Shown here one piece after another: positions 18,155 through 27,434 of a DNA stretch of 57,899 nucleotides. The notes below the pieces were generated by a model that saw nothing but the letters and a program-made list of their open reading frames with translations, had not been told where the DNA came from and searched no databases. The translations under genes and the position numbers were made by a program. The stretch spans positions 1-57,899 of the forward strand of contig CAZYAK010000003.1 in the NCBI GenBank assembly GCA_964645935.1. The letters are read 5' to 3'. Within the stretch, counting starts at the first letter, position 1. Each line of letters begins with the position of its first letter. The stretch comes from an uncultured Candidatus Peribacteria bacterium (GTDB lineage Bacteria > Patescibacteriota > Gracilibacteria > Peribacterales > Peribacteraceae).

Positions 18155-18778
18155 TCACGACAGGAGCGCGTCCACATCGATCTCGTTCCGCTTGCCCATC
18201 TCAACGAGGACGGCCTTCAGGCGGCGATGGGCGCTGTGCAACCGTCTCTTCACCGTGCCCATCGGCACCTCGATTGCAGGGCCGGACTCGGTCGCCGGCG
18301 TGCCGAGCTCGCGCGCCATCTCCTTGTAACTCAGGCCGCGGCGATAGCGCAGATCGATGATCTCGCCATCGAGAGGCCGCAGGAGCACGATGACGCGCTG
18401 CAGGATCTCCCCGAGCTCCGCGAGCTCCAGCTGCTTATCCGGGCCATATCCCGGTGAGCACACATCATTCAGGGTGCGGTCCTCGCGGCTCCGGCGGAGG
18501 GCGTTGCGCCGCGTCAGCGCGTTGATGGCCATGTTCTTGGCGATCTTGCAGATCCAGGCGCTGAACGCCCCTTCGTCCCGCAGCTGGCCGAACTTGCGCA
18601 GTGCCTGCATCACCACGACCGACACCAGCTCCTCGGCATCGTGCCGATCGCGCAGAAGCGAGAGGAGGACGGCGAACACCTGGGCCCTGCAGCCCTCATA
18701 GAGCTCCATGAACCGCGCCGCGTCGGGTGCGACGGCTTCCCCGGTTTCCAGAGAGGCTGGGCAATCGGAATGCTCCAT
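18155..18778 (-). CDS. ECF-type sigma-70 family factor, paralogue 2
   Basis: Collinear with paralogue 1 (FMELYEG..., FSAWICKIAKNMAIN, GTVKRRLHSAHRRL). Start at MEHSDC. The longer ORF to 19153 would overlap gatB. Confidence 0.85.
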   Translation of the reverse strand: MEHSDCPASLETGEAVAPDAARFMELYEGCRAQVFAVLLSLLRDRHDAEELVSVVVMQALRKFGQLRDEGAFSAWICKIAKNMAINALTRRNALRRSREDRTLNDVCSPGYGPDKQLELAELGEILQRVIVLLRPLDGEIIDLRYRRGLSYKEMARELGTPATESGPAIEVPMGTVKRRLHSAHRRLKAVLVEMGKRNEIDVDALLS

Positions 18779-18935
18779 GGGCGGATGGTAAGGATCTCGA
18801 ACGACTTGTCCACTTCTTGCTCCGCATCGGACGATTTGGGGCTGGAAACAGGGAAACGATGCCCTTGCCGGTGGCCGTCCGCCATCCGCCGACCGCCCAT
18901 TGCGACGGAGACGCCGCGTCGTTACGCTGGTCCCC

Positions 18936-20363
18936 ATGGCCGAGCTCGAAGCCATCATCGGGTTGGAGGTGCACGCGCAGATGAACACGAAGACGAAGAT
19001 GTTCTGCGGCTGCGACAACGACGCGTTCGGCAAAGAGCCCAATGTCACGGTATGCGAGGTGTGCATGGGCCACCCAGGCTCGCTGCCGGTGGTCAACAAG
19101 GAGGCCGTGATCAAGGCTATTCGGATGTCGCTCGCTCTCCAATGCACCGTCAATGAGCAGAATCACTTCGATCGCAAACACTATTTCTACCCGGACCTCC
19201 CCTCGGGTTTCCAGATCTCGCAGTACGACTTCCCGCTCGCGAGCAAGGGCGAGGTGCACTACGACTTGGGCGGCAAGGAAATGTTGTGCCGCATCACACG
19301 GCTGCACATGGAGAACGACGCGGGCAAGCTCTCGCATCGCGGATCTGTCACGCTCTGCGACTACAACCGCGCGGGCACGCCGCTCATGGAGATCGTCACG
19401 GAGCCGGACCTGCGCGGTGCCGACGAGGCTGTGGCCTTCGCCCAGGAGCTGCGCCGTATCCTGGTAGCGATGGGCAGCAGCGAAGCCGACATGTTCAAGG
19501 GCATGATGCGCTTTGACGCCTCCATCTCCCTCCGCGAGAAGGGCACGGAGAAGCTCAACCCACGCAGTGAGATCAAGAACCTCAACTCGTTCAAGGCCCT
19601 AGAGAAGGCTCTCGTCTACGAGGAGGCCCGCCTGCGCGGCCTCTGGCAGGAGACGGGCGGACCCCTCAAGGGCAACATCACCGTGGGTTGGGTGGACGAC
19701 GAGGAGCGCACGCGGACGCTCCGGGACAAGGAGGACGCGGCCGACTACCGCTACTTCCCCGAACCCGACATCCCGCCACTCCGGATCACCGCGGCGATGC
19801 TGGCCGAGATCCGCAAGGACCTGCCATCCCTCCCGCGCGCGGGCAAGCTGGCGTACATCGCGCTCGGCCTCTCTCCCGCCGAAGCCACGCTCCTCGCGGA
19901 CGAGGCGGCGCTGCGCGCGCTCTTCGACGCCGTGCACGCGAAGACTCGCGACGCCAAGCGCGCGTCCAGCCTGGTGCTCACGCAGCTGATGGGCTTTCTG
20001 CATGCGGCCGGCAAGGCCATCGCGGATGCGCCGTCTTTGGAGGCCATGCTCGCCCTCGTCACCGCCATCGAGAGCGGCAAGATCTCCGGTAATAGCGGCA
20101 AGGCCGTGCTGGAAGAGATGGTGGCTACGGGCAAGTCCCCAGACGCCATCATCGCAGAGAAGGGCATGGGCCAGATCTCGGACACGGGCGCGCTGGAGGC
20201 GCTGGTAAAGGAAGCCCTCGCAGAGAACCCCAAGGCCGTCGAGTCATACAGAGCCGGCAAGGCCGCTGCGCTCGGCGCAATTGTGGGCGCCGTCATGAAG
20301 AAGTCCAAGGGCCAAGCCAATCCCGGCATGGTGCAAGAAATCCTCGGAAAACTCATCGCATGA
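18936..20363 (+). CDS. gatB: Asp/Glu-tRNA(Asn/Gln) amidotransferase subunit B
   Basis: MAELEAIIGLEVHAQMNTKTKMFCGC... is the canonical GatB N-terminus. 475 aa. Confidence 0.95.
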   Translation: MAELEAIIGLEVHAQMNTKTKMFCGCDNDAFGKEPNVTVCEVCMGHPGSLPVVNKEAVIKAIRMSLALQCTVNEQNHFDRKHYFYPDLPSGFQISQYDFPLASKGEVHYDLGGKEMLCRITRLHMENDAGKLSHRGSVTLCDYNRAGTPLMEIVTEPDLRGADEAVAFAQELRRILVAMGSSEADMFKGMMRFDASISLREKGTEKLNPRSEIKNLNSFKALEKALVYEEARLRGLWQETGGPLKGNITVGWVDDEERTRTLRDKEDAADYRYFPEPDIPPLRITAAMLAEIRKDLPSLPRAGKLAYIALGLSPAEATLLADEAALRALFDAVHAKTRDAKRASSLVLTQLMGFLHAAGKAIADAPSLEAMLALVTAIESGKISGNSGKAVLEEMVATGKSPDAIIAEKGMGQISDTGALEALVKEALAENPKAVESYRAGKAAALGAIVGAVMKKSKGQANPGMVQEILGKLIA

Positions 20364-20728
20364 TCCACCGTCCGCACCCCGTCCGGGAGCGCCACCCCCT
20401 CCTCACGCTGCCGAAGGACGAAGAAGTGCGTAAAGCACTGCAGGAGAAGCTCGTGAAGTACCGCACGCGGCTCCAGGGGTACGGGCGGTACGGTTCGACG
20501 GATGCGGAGGCGGCGGAGATCATCGCGGACGCGCGCTTCAAGATCGCTATCATCGAGGCGCTGTTCGCGAAGGGATCCGTGAACGCGCCGCACCTCTTCC
20601 TGGAACTCATCACCGCGGACCGCCGGGCCAGCGGGGATCGGTTCCGCAGGGCATTTCTGACTATCCAGGCCTACGTGACGGGCAACGCCGGGAAGGTGAC
20701 GGGCGGGGACGGATTCGGCCAGCGGTGA
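20360..20728 (+). CDS. hypothetical protein (122 aa)
   Basis: ORF whose start overlaps the gatB stop (ATGA). Coding-like composition. Confidence 0.55.
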   Translation: MIHRPHPVRERHPLLTLPKDEEVRKALQEKLVKYRTRLQGYGRYGSTDAEAAEIIADARFKIAIIEALFAKGSVNAPHLFLELITADRRASGDRFRRAFLTIQAYVTGNAGKVTGGDGFGQR

Positions 20729-20753
20729 CCGTCGGCGCATTTCCGGGGTGTAA

Positions 20754-20781
20754 TGGACTTTTTTTGTTATAACAGTATATT
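20754..20781 (+). promoter_or_regulatory. candidate promoter (TGGACT-16 nt-TATATT) placing the TSS at or near the ATG at 20788
   Basis: AT-rich island. The -10 ends 6 nt before the start codon. Confidence 0.4.
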
Positions 20782-20787
20782 CATACT

Positions 20788-21969
20788 ATGAACGACACCC
20801 CGCTCCCCGGCGTCCCCGAATCCGACGACGTGCCCGCGCAGCCCGAACGCGCTGAAGCCGCCGACCTCTCGCAACCCATGCAGGACACGCGTGAGCACGT
20901 GCTCGGCACGCTCTCCGAGCGCACGCGGCAGCGCGATGCGTCAGAGATGTCGTTGGCCGCACTGCTCCAGGGCGAGGGCCCGTGGACGGACCGGATGCGC
21001 GCTCAGCTCGGCGTGCTCCACGGACAACTGCAGCTGGCAGAACACTCCGCGCGCATGCCGCTCTCCGCGGGCGAGGCGGCGCTGTACGCGTACTGCGCCA
21101 TCGGCACGGGCAACACGGATGCTGCGCGCAACGTGGAATCCCTTCTGCAGGCGGCCATCCGCCTCGGCGGCGTGGACGCCTCGGAAGCACGCTATCTCCT
21201 GGGCAAGATCGCCGCGATGCGCGCGGGCAAGGCGGAGGGCGCAGAGCGACTGGCACTGACGCAGGCTTCCGTGACGCACTGGAGCGCGGTGGAGGCGTTC
21301 GCCGTCTCCCGCCGCGGATTGCTGCTCCCGGGCACGCGCTCGGAGCTCCCCGCGGAGATGCTGGATGGGGACATCGCCGTACCCGAGGGCGCGGACGCCG
21401 TCGCGCACGGCATCCTTCCGCCAGACCGCTACTGCGCCGCCGGCGAGGTGGCCGTGGCTACGCAACTCCTGCATCTCGATCCCGCGGCCGCAGCCCTCCA
21501 TGCCCGTCGGGCACGCGGGCACGTCCAAAGCTGGATCCACCGCCGCGGTGAGAACGAGACGCGCTTCGGACGCCTCAACGTGGAGACCTGCGACGTCGCG
21601 GCGCAAGCCACCCTCGTGCTCGCCGAACGCGGCTCCCTCGCCGATGCGCTCTCCGTGCGCTCCGCAGGCGACGACCTCATCGCCCACATCCGCGGCGAGG
21701 CCCACGTTCCCGCCGTGAAGAAGGCCGAGTGGGAGGCGTACGTCCTGGCCGGCCAGGCCATGATCACGCCGCCCGCCGAGCGCGGGGCGCTGCTCGCCGC
21801 CATGGTGGCGCGCATCACCGAGACGCTGCGCATCCGCCCCGCCGCCGCGGGCATCTTCCGTTTCGACGGCACGTACGTGGTGGCGTTCCAGCTCCTGGAC
21901 CCCCGAGACCGCGCGGATCTGGAGAAGATGCTTCATGACGCCGATGCCGGGAAGAAACCGGGCGCCTGA
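20788..21969 (+). CDS. hypothetical alpha-helical protein (393 aa)
   Basis: Long ORF with high GC3 and an Ala/Leu/Arg-rich, helical-repeat-like sequence. Confidence 0.65.
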   Translation: MNDTPLPGVPESDDVPAQPERAEAADLSQPMQDTREHVLGTLSERTRQRDASEMSLAALLQGEGPWTDRMRAQLGVLHGQLQLAEHSARMPLSAGEAALYAYCAIGTGNTDAARNVESLLQAAIRLGGVDASEARYLLGKIAAMRAGKAEGAERLALTQASVTHWSAVEAFAVSRRGLLLPGTRSELPAEMLDGDIAVPEGADAVAHGILPPDRYCAAGEVAVATQLLHLDPAAAALHARRARGHVQSWIHRRGENETRFGRLNVETCDVAAQATLVLAERGSLADALSVRSAGDDLIAHIRGEAHVPAVKKAEWEAYVLAGQAMITPPAERGALLAAMVARITETLRIRPAAAGIFRFDGTYVVAFQLLDPRDRADLEKMLHDADAGKKPGA

Positions 21970-22227
21970 GGCCTGGGGAAGGAATCCGGTCTTTGGAAGA
22001 TGGCTTCCTTCAGGGCAAATCCTGGCATGCCGGCAGGCTCTGGCCAAACGGGTGTTTTAGTTGGATAATACACCTGATCCATCCCCACCGGATGGACCGA
22101 TCCTTGGCCCACCGGCAGGTCACACCGCGTGGCGGGCAGAGGGCGACCCTGAGGGCCGTCATCCGCCCGTCATGCACGGGTACAGCTCCATCAATGGCGA
22201 TGGGGCACGCAACGCAAGAGAACGACT

Positions 22228-22719
22228 ATGTTTCGTTTCCTCGTCCTGGCCGCGGCGCTTCTCCTTCTCTCCGGCACCTCCGGCTCCACGCAGGAGAAGA
22301 AGGAAACCGTGCCTTCCAAGGCCACCCTGGCCCGAGTCGGCGACGTCACCGACAAGGACTTCCCCAGCGCGGTCGGCGTCTACGAACGCGTCCTCAAAGA
22401 CGCGTACGGAGTCCCGGTCTACGCGGAAATCCTGGCGGACGTCAGCTACCTCAAGGGCACGCTCCCGCAACGGAAGCTCGACAACGCCGCAGAGCTGAAG
22501 GAGCGCCTCAGCAAGCTCGGCACCGACGCCGCCCAGCGATTCATCTGGAGCGTGCAGCTCCATGACTCGCTGCTCAAGCGGGCGGAGACGATTCAGGAGC
22601 GCGCCGACATGGCGCAGCTCATCAAGGAAAACGGCGAAAAACATTTCAAGAAATTCGAGGCCGACATCCAGGCGGCCCGCAAGAACGGCTGGCAGCTGCC
22701 GGCAGAACCCAAGAAGTGA
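22228..22719 (+). CDS. secreted hypothetical protein (163 aa)
   Basis: Signal peptide MFRFLVLAAALLLLSGTSGS. Lys/Glu-rich mature part. Confidence 0.65.
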   Translation: MFRFLVLAAALLLLSGTSGSTQEKKETVPSKATLARVGDVTDKDFPSAVGVYERVLKDAYGVPVYAEILADVSYLKGTLPQRKLDNAAELKERLSKLGTDAAQRFIWSVQLHDSLLKRAETIQERADMAQLIKENGEKHFKKFEADIQAARKNGWQLPAEPKK

Positions 22720-22740
22720 CCTGACCGCACGGCTAAGATC

Positions 22741-22768
22741 CCCCGCCCGTTCATGTGAACGGGCGGGG
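22741..22768. terminator. 12-bp GC hairpin between convergent genes (bidirectional terminator candidate, no U tract)
   Basis: CCCCGCCCGTTC-ATGT-GAACGGGCGGGG. Confidence 0.55.
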
Positions 22769-22787
22769 GTCAGCCATGCGTGCGTGG

Positions 22788-23348
22788 TCAGTCTGCGCGG
22801 GACATGTACTCGCCCGTCTCCGTGTTGATCTTCACCTTCTCGCCCTCGTGGATGAAGAGCGGGACGTTCACGAGCAGGCCCGTGTCCATGGTGGCGGGCT
22901 TGTTGCCGCCGGTGGCGGTGTCGCCCTTCACGCCGGGGATCGTCTCCTTCACCGTGAGGACCACGGTGGACGGGAGCTTGATGCCGATGGCGTTGTCCTC
23001 GTACATGAGCGCATCCACCTCCATGCCCTCGGCGAGGAACTCGACGAGGCCTTCCAGCGAGTCATTCTGGAGCGCGAACTGGTCGTACGTCTCCAGGTCC
23101 ATGAACGTGGAGGCCGTCGCGTCCTTGTAGAGGAACTGCACGTGCTTGTAGCCGACATCGGCCTGCTCGATCTTCTCCGAGCCTTGGAAGTTGCGCGCCA
23201 TGATGACGCCCGTCTTGAGGTTTTTGAGCTTGCACTGCATGTTGGCCTTGGACTGGCTTTTCCGGCCGAACTGCGAGGCGAGGACGAGGTAGGGCTGGCC
23301 ATCGATGGAGATGGCGCGGCCGGGCTTGAGATCGGTGATTGTGTACAT
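22788..23348 (-). CDS. efp: elongation factor P
   Basis: MYTITDLKPGRAISIDGQPYLVLASQF...CKLKNLKTG... is collinear with EF-P. 186 aa. Confidence 0.93.
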   Translation of the reverse strand: MYTITDLKPGRAISIDGQPYLVLASQFGRKSQSKANMQCKLKNLKTGVIMARNFQGSEKIEQADVGYKHVQFLYKDATASTFMDLETYDQFALQNDSLEGLVEFLAEGMEVDALMYEDNAIGIKLPSTVVLTVKETIPGVKGDTATGGNKPATMDTGLLVNVPLFIHEGEKVKINTETGEYMSRAD

Positions 23349-23400
23349 AGGTGGAGATTTTGCTGGGCCCTGCGGGCAGAGTCAACTCCCTCATGGCGGA

Positions 23401-23514
23401 GGGGACCGATGCGACCGAGGCCACCAAAGGGACCGAGAGCCAATTTTCGCCGATTCCCTTGCAAAAAGCCGCACCACTTCGGTCCCATCGGCCCCCTTGG
23501 TTCCCTCGGTCCCC
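23401..23514. repeat. 114-nt palindromic intergenic element, copy 1 (GGGACCGAG-type arms)
   Basis: Left arm GGGGACCGATGCGACCGAGGCCACCAAAGGGACCGAG. Right arm CTTCGGTCCCATCGGCCCCCTTGGTTCCCTCGGTCCCC. A homologous copy lies at 48036-48148. Confidence 0.7.
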
Positions 23515-23520
23515 TTTCGC

Positions 23521-25530
23521 TCAGCAGCCCGATCCTGTGCAGGCCTCGCCCGTGACCTTTTGCTGCTGCTCGGCTGCGGCGCGCTGCATCTCGATGCGAA
23601 CGTAGCTGGCAAGGGTAACGTCTGGCATCTCGTGCACGAGACGGCGCAAGATGCGGCCGCGTTCGGGGTTGCCCTGCAGACGCTGGAACTCCAGCCACAA
23701 CTGGCGCTGGCGGCCTTTCTCGGTGTGATAGCCCTCCACCACACGGTTGCGGATCTGCGTGACCACGTCCTGCAGGGCGCTTTCGCTGAGCGGCTCGTGC
23801 GGTGCGCTGGACGACAACCCTCGGCGTCCACCCAACGCGACGACACGCAGCGTCCTGCTCGTGGCGCGGCTGATCTCCTCGGCGATCTGCGGGGGCTCGT
23901 CGGCAACGGCGGGCTGTGTCTCCACCGCTGCGGTGACCGTGGAGAACGTGGCCTCCACCTCTTTGCGCACATCTGGATTGGTGCCCTCGGGGAGGACGGA
24001 GTTGAGCTGCTCGAGGTCAGCCTTGGCCTCCTGCACGTCGCCCTCGTCGGCACGGCGCTTCACGGCGGCCAGCTCGTCAAGGAGCTCCGCAGTCTGAGTG
24101 TCGGGCTTCTGCAGGGAGTCCGGCAGCGCGGCGATCGTCTCGCGCACCGTCTGCTTGAGGGGGTAGGCGCTGTCGTCGGGGAGGGCGGCCGCGAGATCGG
24201 CGGCAGCCTCGGCCACCACTTCGTGCTCGAGGAGAGACTCCACGGCGGGGCTCACGAGAGCTCCGCTCGCGACGGCCAGCATGCTCTCGCGGTACTCGCG
24301 CAGCGGCTGCTCGGCGGCGGCAAGGTCCGATCCGCTCCCGCGAGAGAGGATGGCAGCGGCCTCGTTGAGGCGCGTGTTGGCATGGGTGATGATCTTGCGG
24401 GCGCGATCCTCGTCGTTCAGGGTAAAAAGCACGTCCACGGCCTCGGCGAAGCGCTTGGCGCGGTACAGCGTGGAATCTGGCAGGATGCCGGCGGAGGCCG
24501 CGCGGCGTTCCTGCTGGAGGAGGGCGATCTCGCGCTGGTGGGCGCCGTCGCGCGCGAGGTTGAGGTCCACCCACGCGTCATGGTACGCATCGGCCGGGAT
24601 CTGGGTGACGAGCGGGCGGCGCGACTTCTCCAGCGTCAGTTGCTCCCCCGCTACGAGTGATACGGTCTGGCCGCGGCGCGTGACGGTGGCACTGCGATGC
24701 AGCACGCGGACGTCAGTCTGGCCGCCGTCGGCGATGGACACACTGCCCTCATGCACCGCGATGCGTCCATGCGCGGTGCCGATGGAGATACCTTCGAGGT
24801 GCCGCGGCACGAGGCCGAGCACCCAGAGCGTGCCGCCCTGCAGGAATACCGTGGGACTGGCGACGGGCGCGCTGGGGCGGTCCGAGAAGTCGTTGATGGC
24901 CAGCGTGGTGTTGGGGCCCATGCGGATCACCGCGTCGTCGTAGAGGACGACCGTGGCCGAGCCCTCCCGGGTCTGGAGCATGGTGGCCTGGCGCAGGAGC
25001 GTCTCGTTGTCCAGCGGCTGCCAGAGACCACCGATGAGCACGCTCACCTCGCCGCCCGTGGGCATCACGCTCACGGAGGCGTCGGCCACAGTGACGGGCG
25101 CCAGGAAGAGCAACGGGCTCGCACGGACCACGAAGAGCAAGATGGTAAACGCCGCCGCCCACTTGACCGGGCGCGACAGCAGGATGGCGCCGTATGCCGG
25201 CTGCATACGGGGCAGGATGCGGCTCCAGAGGCGGGCACGGGCCTCGCGGGCGGGGGTAAGGGCCTCTCGGATGGCCGCCCAGACAGGCAAACGCTCGGGG
25301 CGGAACGCAGCGGAGACGCGCTCCCACACGCGAACGGAAGCAGAGGGATCCGGCGTGAGGACATCGCGCGCCGAAACCAGCAGGTCGGGGGCGGACGTGC
25401 GGCGCAACACGCGCGCGCGGATACGTTCTTTGGCTTGCTGCTGCGGATCAACAGACTTCCCCGCCTCCTGGAGGAGGCGGACGGACGCGAGAGCCGAAGG
25501 CGGAAGGTCGTGCTCCAACATGGCTTTCAC
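23521..25530 (-). CDS. membrane-anchored FecR/DUF5667-like protein, putative anti-sigma factor
   Basis: Lies immediately downstream of the ECF sigma gene. One TM segment (WAAAFTILLFVV), a FecR-like beta segment and a long helical C-terminal region. GTG start (alternative ATG at 25521). Confidence 0.55.
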   Translation of the reverse strand: MKAMLEHDLPPSALASVRLLQEAGKSVDPQQQAKERIRARVLRRTSAPDLLVSARDVLTPDPSASVRVWERVSAAFRPERLPVWAAIREALTPAREARARLWSRILPRMQPAYGAILLSRPVKWAAAFTILLFVVRASPLLFLAPVTVADASVSVMPTGGEVSVLIGGLWQPLDNETLLRQATMLQTREGSATVVLYDDAVIRMGPNTTLAINDFSDRPSAPVASPTVFLQGGTLWVLGLVPRHLEGISIGTAHGRIAVHEGSVSIADGGQTDVRVLHRSATVTRRGQTVSLVAGEQLTLEKSRRPLVTQIPADAYHDAWVDLNLARDGAHQREIALLQQERRAASAGILPDSTLYRAKRFAEAVDVLFTLNDEDRARKIITHANTRLNEAAAILSRGSGSDLAAAEQPLREYRESMLAVASGALVSPAVESLLEHEVVAEAAADLAAALPDDSAYPLKQTVRETIAALPDSLQKPDTQTAELLDELAAVKRRADEGDVQEAKADLEQLNSVLPEGTNPDVRKEVEATFSTVTAAVETQPAVADEPPQIAEEISRATSRTLRVVALGGRRGLSSSAPHEPLSESALQDVVTQIRNRVVEGYHTEKGRQRQLWLEFQRLQGNPERGRILRRLVHEMPDVTLASYVRIEMQRAAAEQQQKVTGEACTGSGC

Positions 25531-25558
25531 CCGTTAAAACGGGGAGAAATGGCTTCTG

Positions 25559-26128
25559 TTACGCTCTATCGCGCATTTCGGGGGGTAAAATGGCTTCCAG
25601 CTTCTTGAGGGCGCGGAACTTGAGGATACGAACGGCACCTTCCGTAAGCCGGAGCGTCCGGGCCACCTCGTCCGTGGGCAGCTCTGCCACGTAGGTGAGT
25701 AGCAGTACTTCGCGGTAGCGCCGGGGCAGTTTGTCCACAGCCGCACGAACCACGCGCAACGTGTCTTCCGAGCGCGTGCGGGCATCGGCGCGGTTCCAGG
25801 CATCGGTGTCCTCCAGCTCCTCGGTGACCTCCTCGGTGTCACGCTCCTTGCGGTACGAATCGACCACCGCATGGCGTGCGATGCGAAAGATCCACGCGCC
25901 AAACGGCACGCCCGCCTGGGGCCTATACTGGTGCAGCTTCTCCCAAACCTTCACGAAGACATCGGCCACGATGTCCTCCGCCAGGTCCTGCGGGACACGG
26001 AACGCCGTGTACCGGTAGACGGCCAAGAAGAACTGGTTGTAGAGGCGCTCGAAGGCGCCGCTGTCGCCGTCCCGGGCGAGCGCCACGAGGCGCTGCAGCT
26101 CCGGTTCTGGAAGGGGCTCCGGGGCCAT
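25559..26128 (-). CDS. ECF sigma factor
   Basis: Region 2 (DLAEDIVADVFVKVWEKL..., FGAWIFRIARHAVVD) and canonical region 4 (EVARTLRLTEGAVRILKFRALKKL). Confidence 0.9.
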   Translation of the reverse strand: MAPEPLPEPELQRLVALARDGDSGAFERLYNQFFLAVYRYTAFRVPQDLAEDIVADVFVKVWEKLHQYRPQAGVPFGAWIFRIARHAVVDSYRKERDTEEVTEELEDTDAWNRADARTRSEDTLRVVRAAVDKLPRRYREVLLLTYVAELPTDEVARTLRLTEGAVRILKFRALKKLEAILPPEMRDRA

Positions 26129-26223
26129 GACAGGCGCGCAGTGTACAGGATAACGGACGGAACAGGGGCGGCGCTCACCGGAAAGAACGCGATTTTGCGG
26201 GATTCGTTACAATCGAATGGGCT

Positions 26224-26832
26224 TCAGGCGAGCGGCAGCGCGACGCGACGCGCTGTCTCCGGCTCCAGGATCCCGTCCAGGAAGCGCAGCAGTCGATCAC
26301 GGATGGTCTGGACGGATCCGCCGAGGGATTTCTGCAGGAGGACGAGCGACTTCTTGAGCGCGGCATGGCCGGGAGCGCGCTCATTCGGGCCTTGCAGGTG
26401 TAGCACACCGTAGCCCTTCTGGGCATGCTCGATATCCAGGAATTGCGAATCGGCAGACAGCTTGTCGATCTCGAAGCGATGCGCGAGGAGCTCTTCCGTG
26501 GACAGGCCGAAGAGATGAGCGACCTCGGCGAGCTGAGCGATCCGCTTGCTCACGGCGACATCGCTCTGACCTTCGTAGAAGTGCCCGCAGGCCATATTAG
26601 TGGAAGCCCAAGGGCAATCGGCGGCCATCGTCCCCTCGTCCTCATGGAGCACGCCGCAGCAGACGATCTTCAGCTCCCGCGCCTTGTCCAGGATGACGCG
26701 CGGGACCGCGCCCTTGAGCATCTGCCGCTGGTACTCATCCAGCCACGCGAAGCCCTCCGGATGGCGGGCGGAAGGCAGGGCCTGATCGAGTTGGTCGGCG
26801 GAAAGCACCGGCGGATGGTAAAGATGTTTCAT
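26224..26832 (-). CDS. hypothetical protein (202 aa)
   Basis: ORF trimmed to MKHLYHPP. High GC3. Confidence 0.55.
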   Translation of the reverse strand: MKHLYHPPVLSADQLDQALPSARHPEGFAWLDEYQRQMLKGAVPRVILDKARELKIVCCGVLHEDEGTMAADCPWASTNMACGHFYEGQSDVAVSKRIAQLAEVAHLFGLSTEELLAHRFEIDKLSADSQFLDIEHAQKGYGVLHLQGPNERAPGHAALKKSLVLLQKSLGGSVQTIRDRLLRFLDGILEPETARRVALPLA

Positions 26833-26990
26833 CCGGATGCAACATGGGACGGGGGAAATTCCCTCTTCTCCGCCGAGCGAAGCCACGAAAATACCCAAAA
26901 GTTGACGGAAAACGGCCCGATGTCTAGGGTTTCCGGCCCGGTCCGCTTCGGACCGGTCGCCTGCTCCTTTCCATCGGAGGATCTCGGACC

Positions 26991-27362
26991 ATGCTGCCTC
27001 GCCGTCTCTACTGCGCGACGTACACCTGCCGCTGCACCATCGAATCGTATGCCATCGAAGGCGACGTCGACCCCGACCGCGTCCCCGCCCTCGTCCCGTC
27101 CAGCCCGCACCGGGTGGGCTACCGGCTCCACCACCGCGTGGGCGACGTGGATACTGGCGGGGCCGAGGACTACGGCTGTCTGCACCTGCACAACGCCGTG
27201 CCGGTGGCGATCACGGAGGTACTGCGCCTCCTTCGCACCATGCCGAGCATCGACGTGGGCGACGGCATCACCGACGTGGCGTACGTGGTGACCTGCCGCG
27301 ACTGCGGCAAAAAAGCCCTCGTCCAGGTCACATCGTCCGTCGGCGTCACACTCATCAAGTAA
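26991..27362 (+). CDS. hypothetical Cys-containing protein (123 aa)
   Basis: ORF with YCATYTCRC and TCRDCGKK motifs (possible Zn site). Confidence 0.5.
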   Translation: MLPRRLYCATYTCRCTIESYAIEGDVDPDRVPALVPSSPHRVGYRLHHRVGDVDTGGAEDYGCLHLHNAVPVAITEVLRLLRTMPSIDVGDGITDVAYVVTCRDCGKKALVQVTSSVGVTLIK

Positions 27363-27434
27363 TCCGCCGTCTGGCGCAGGCGTGGGGCATCTCCGGGAGG
27401 TGCCCCATTCGTCATGCTCGCCCCTCGTACGGGT

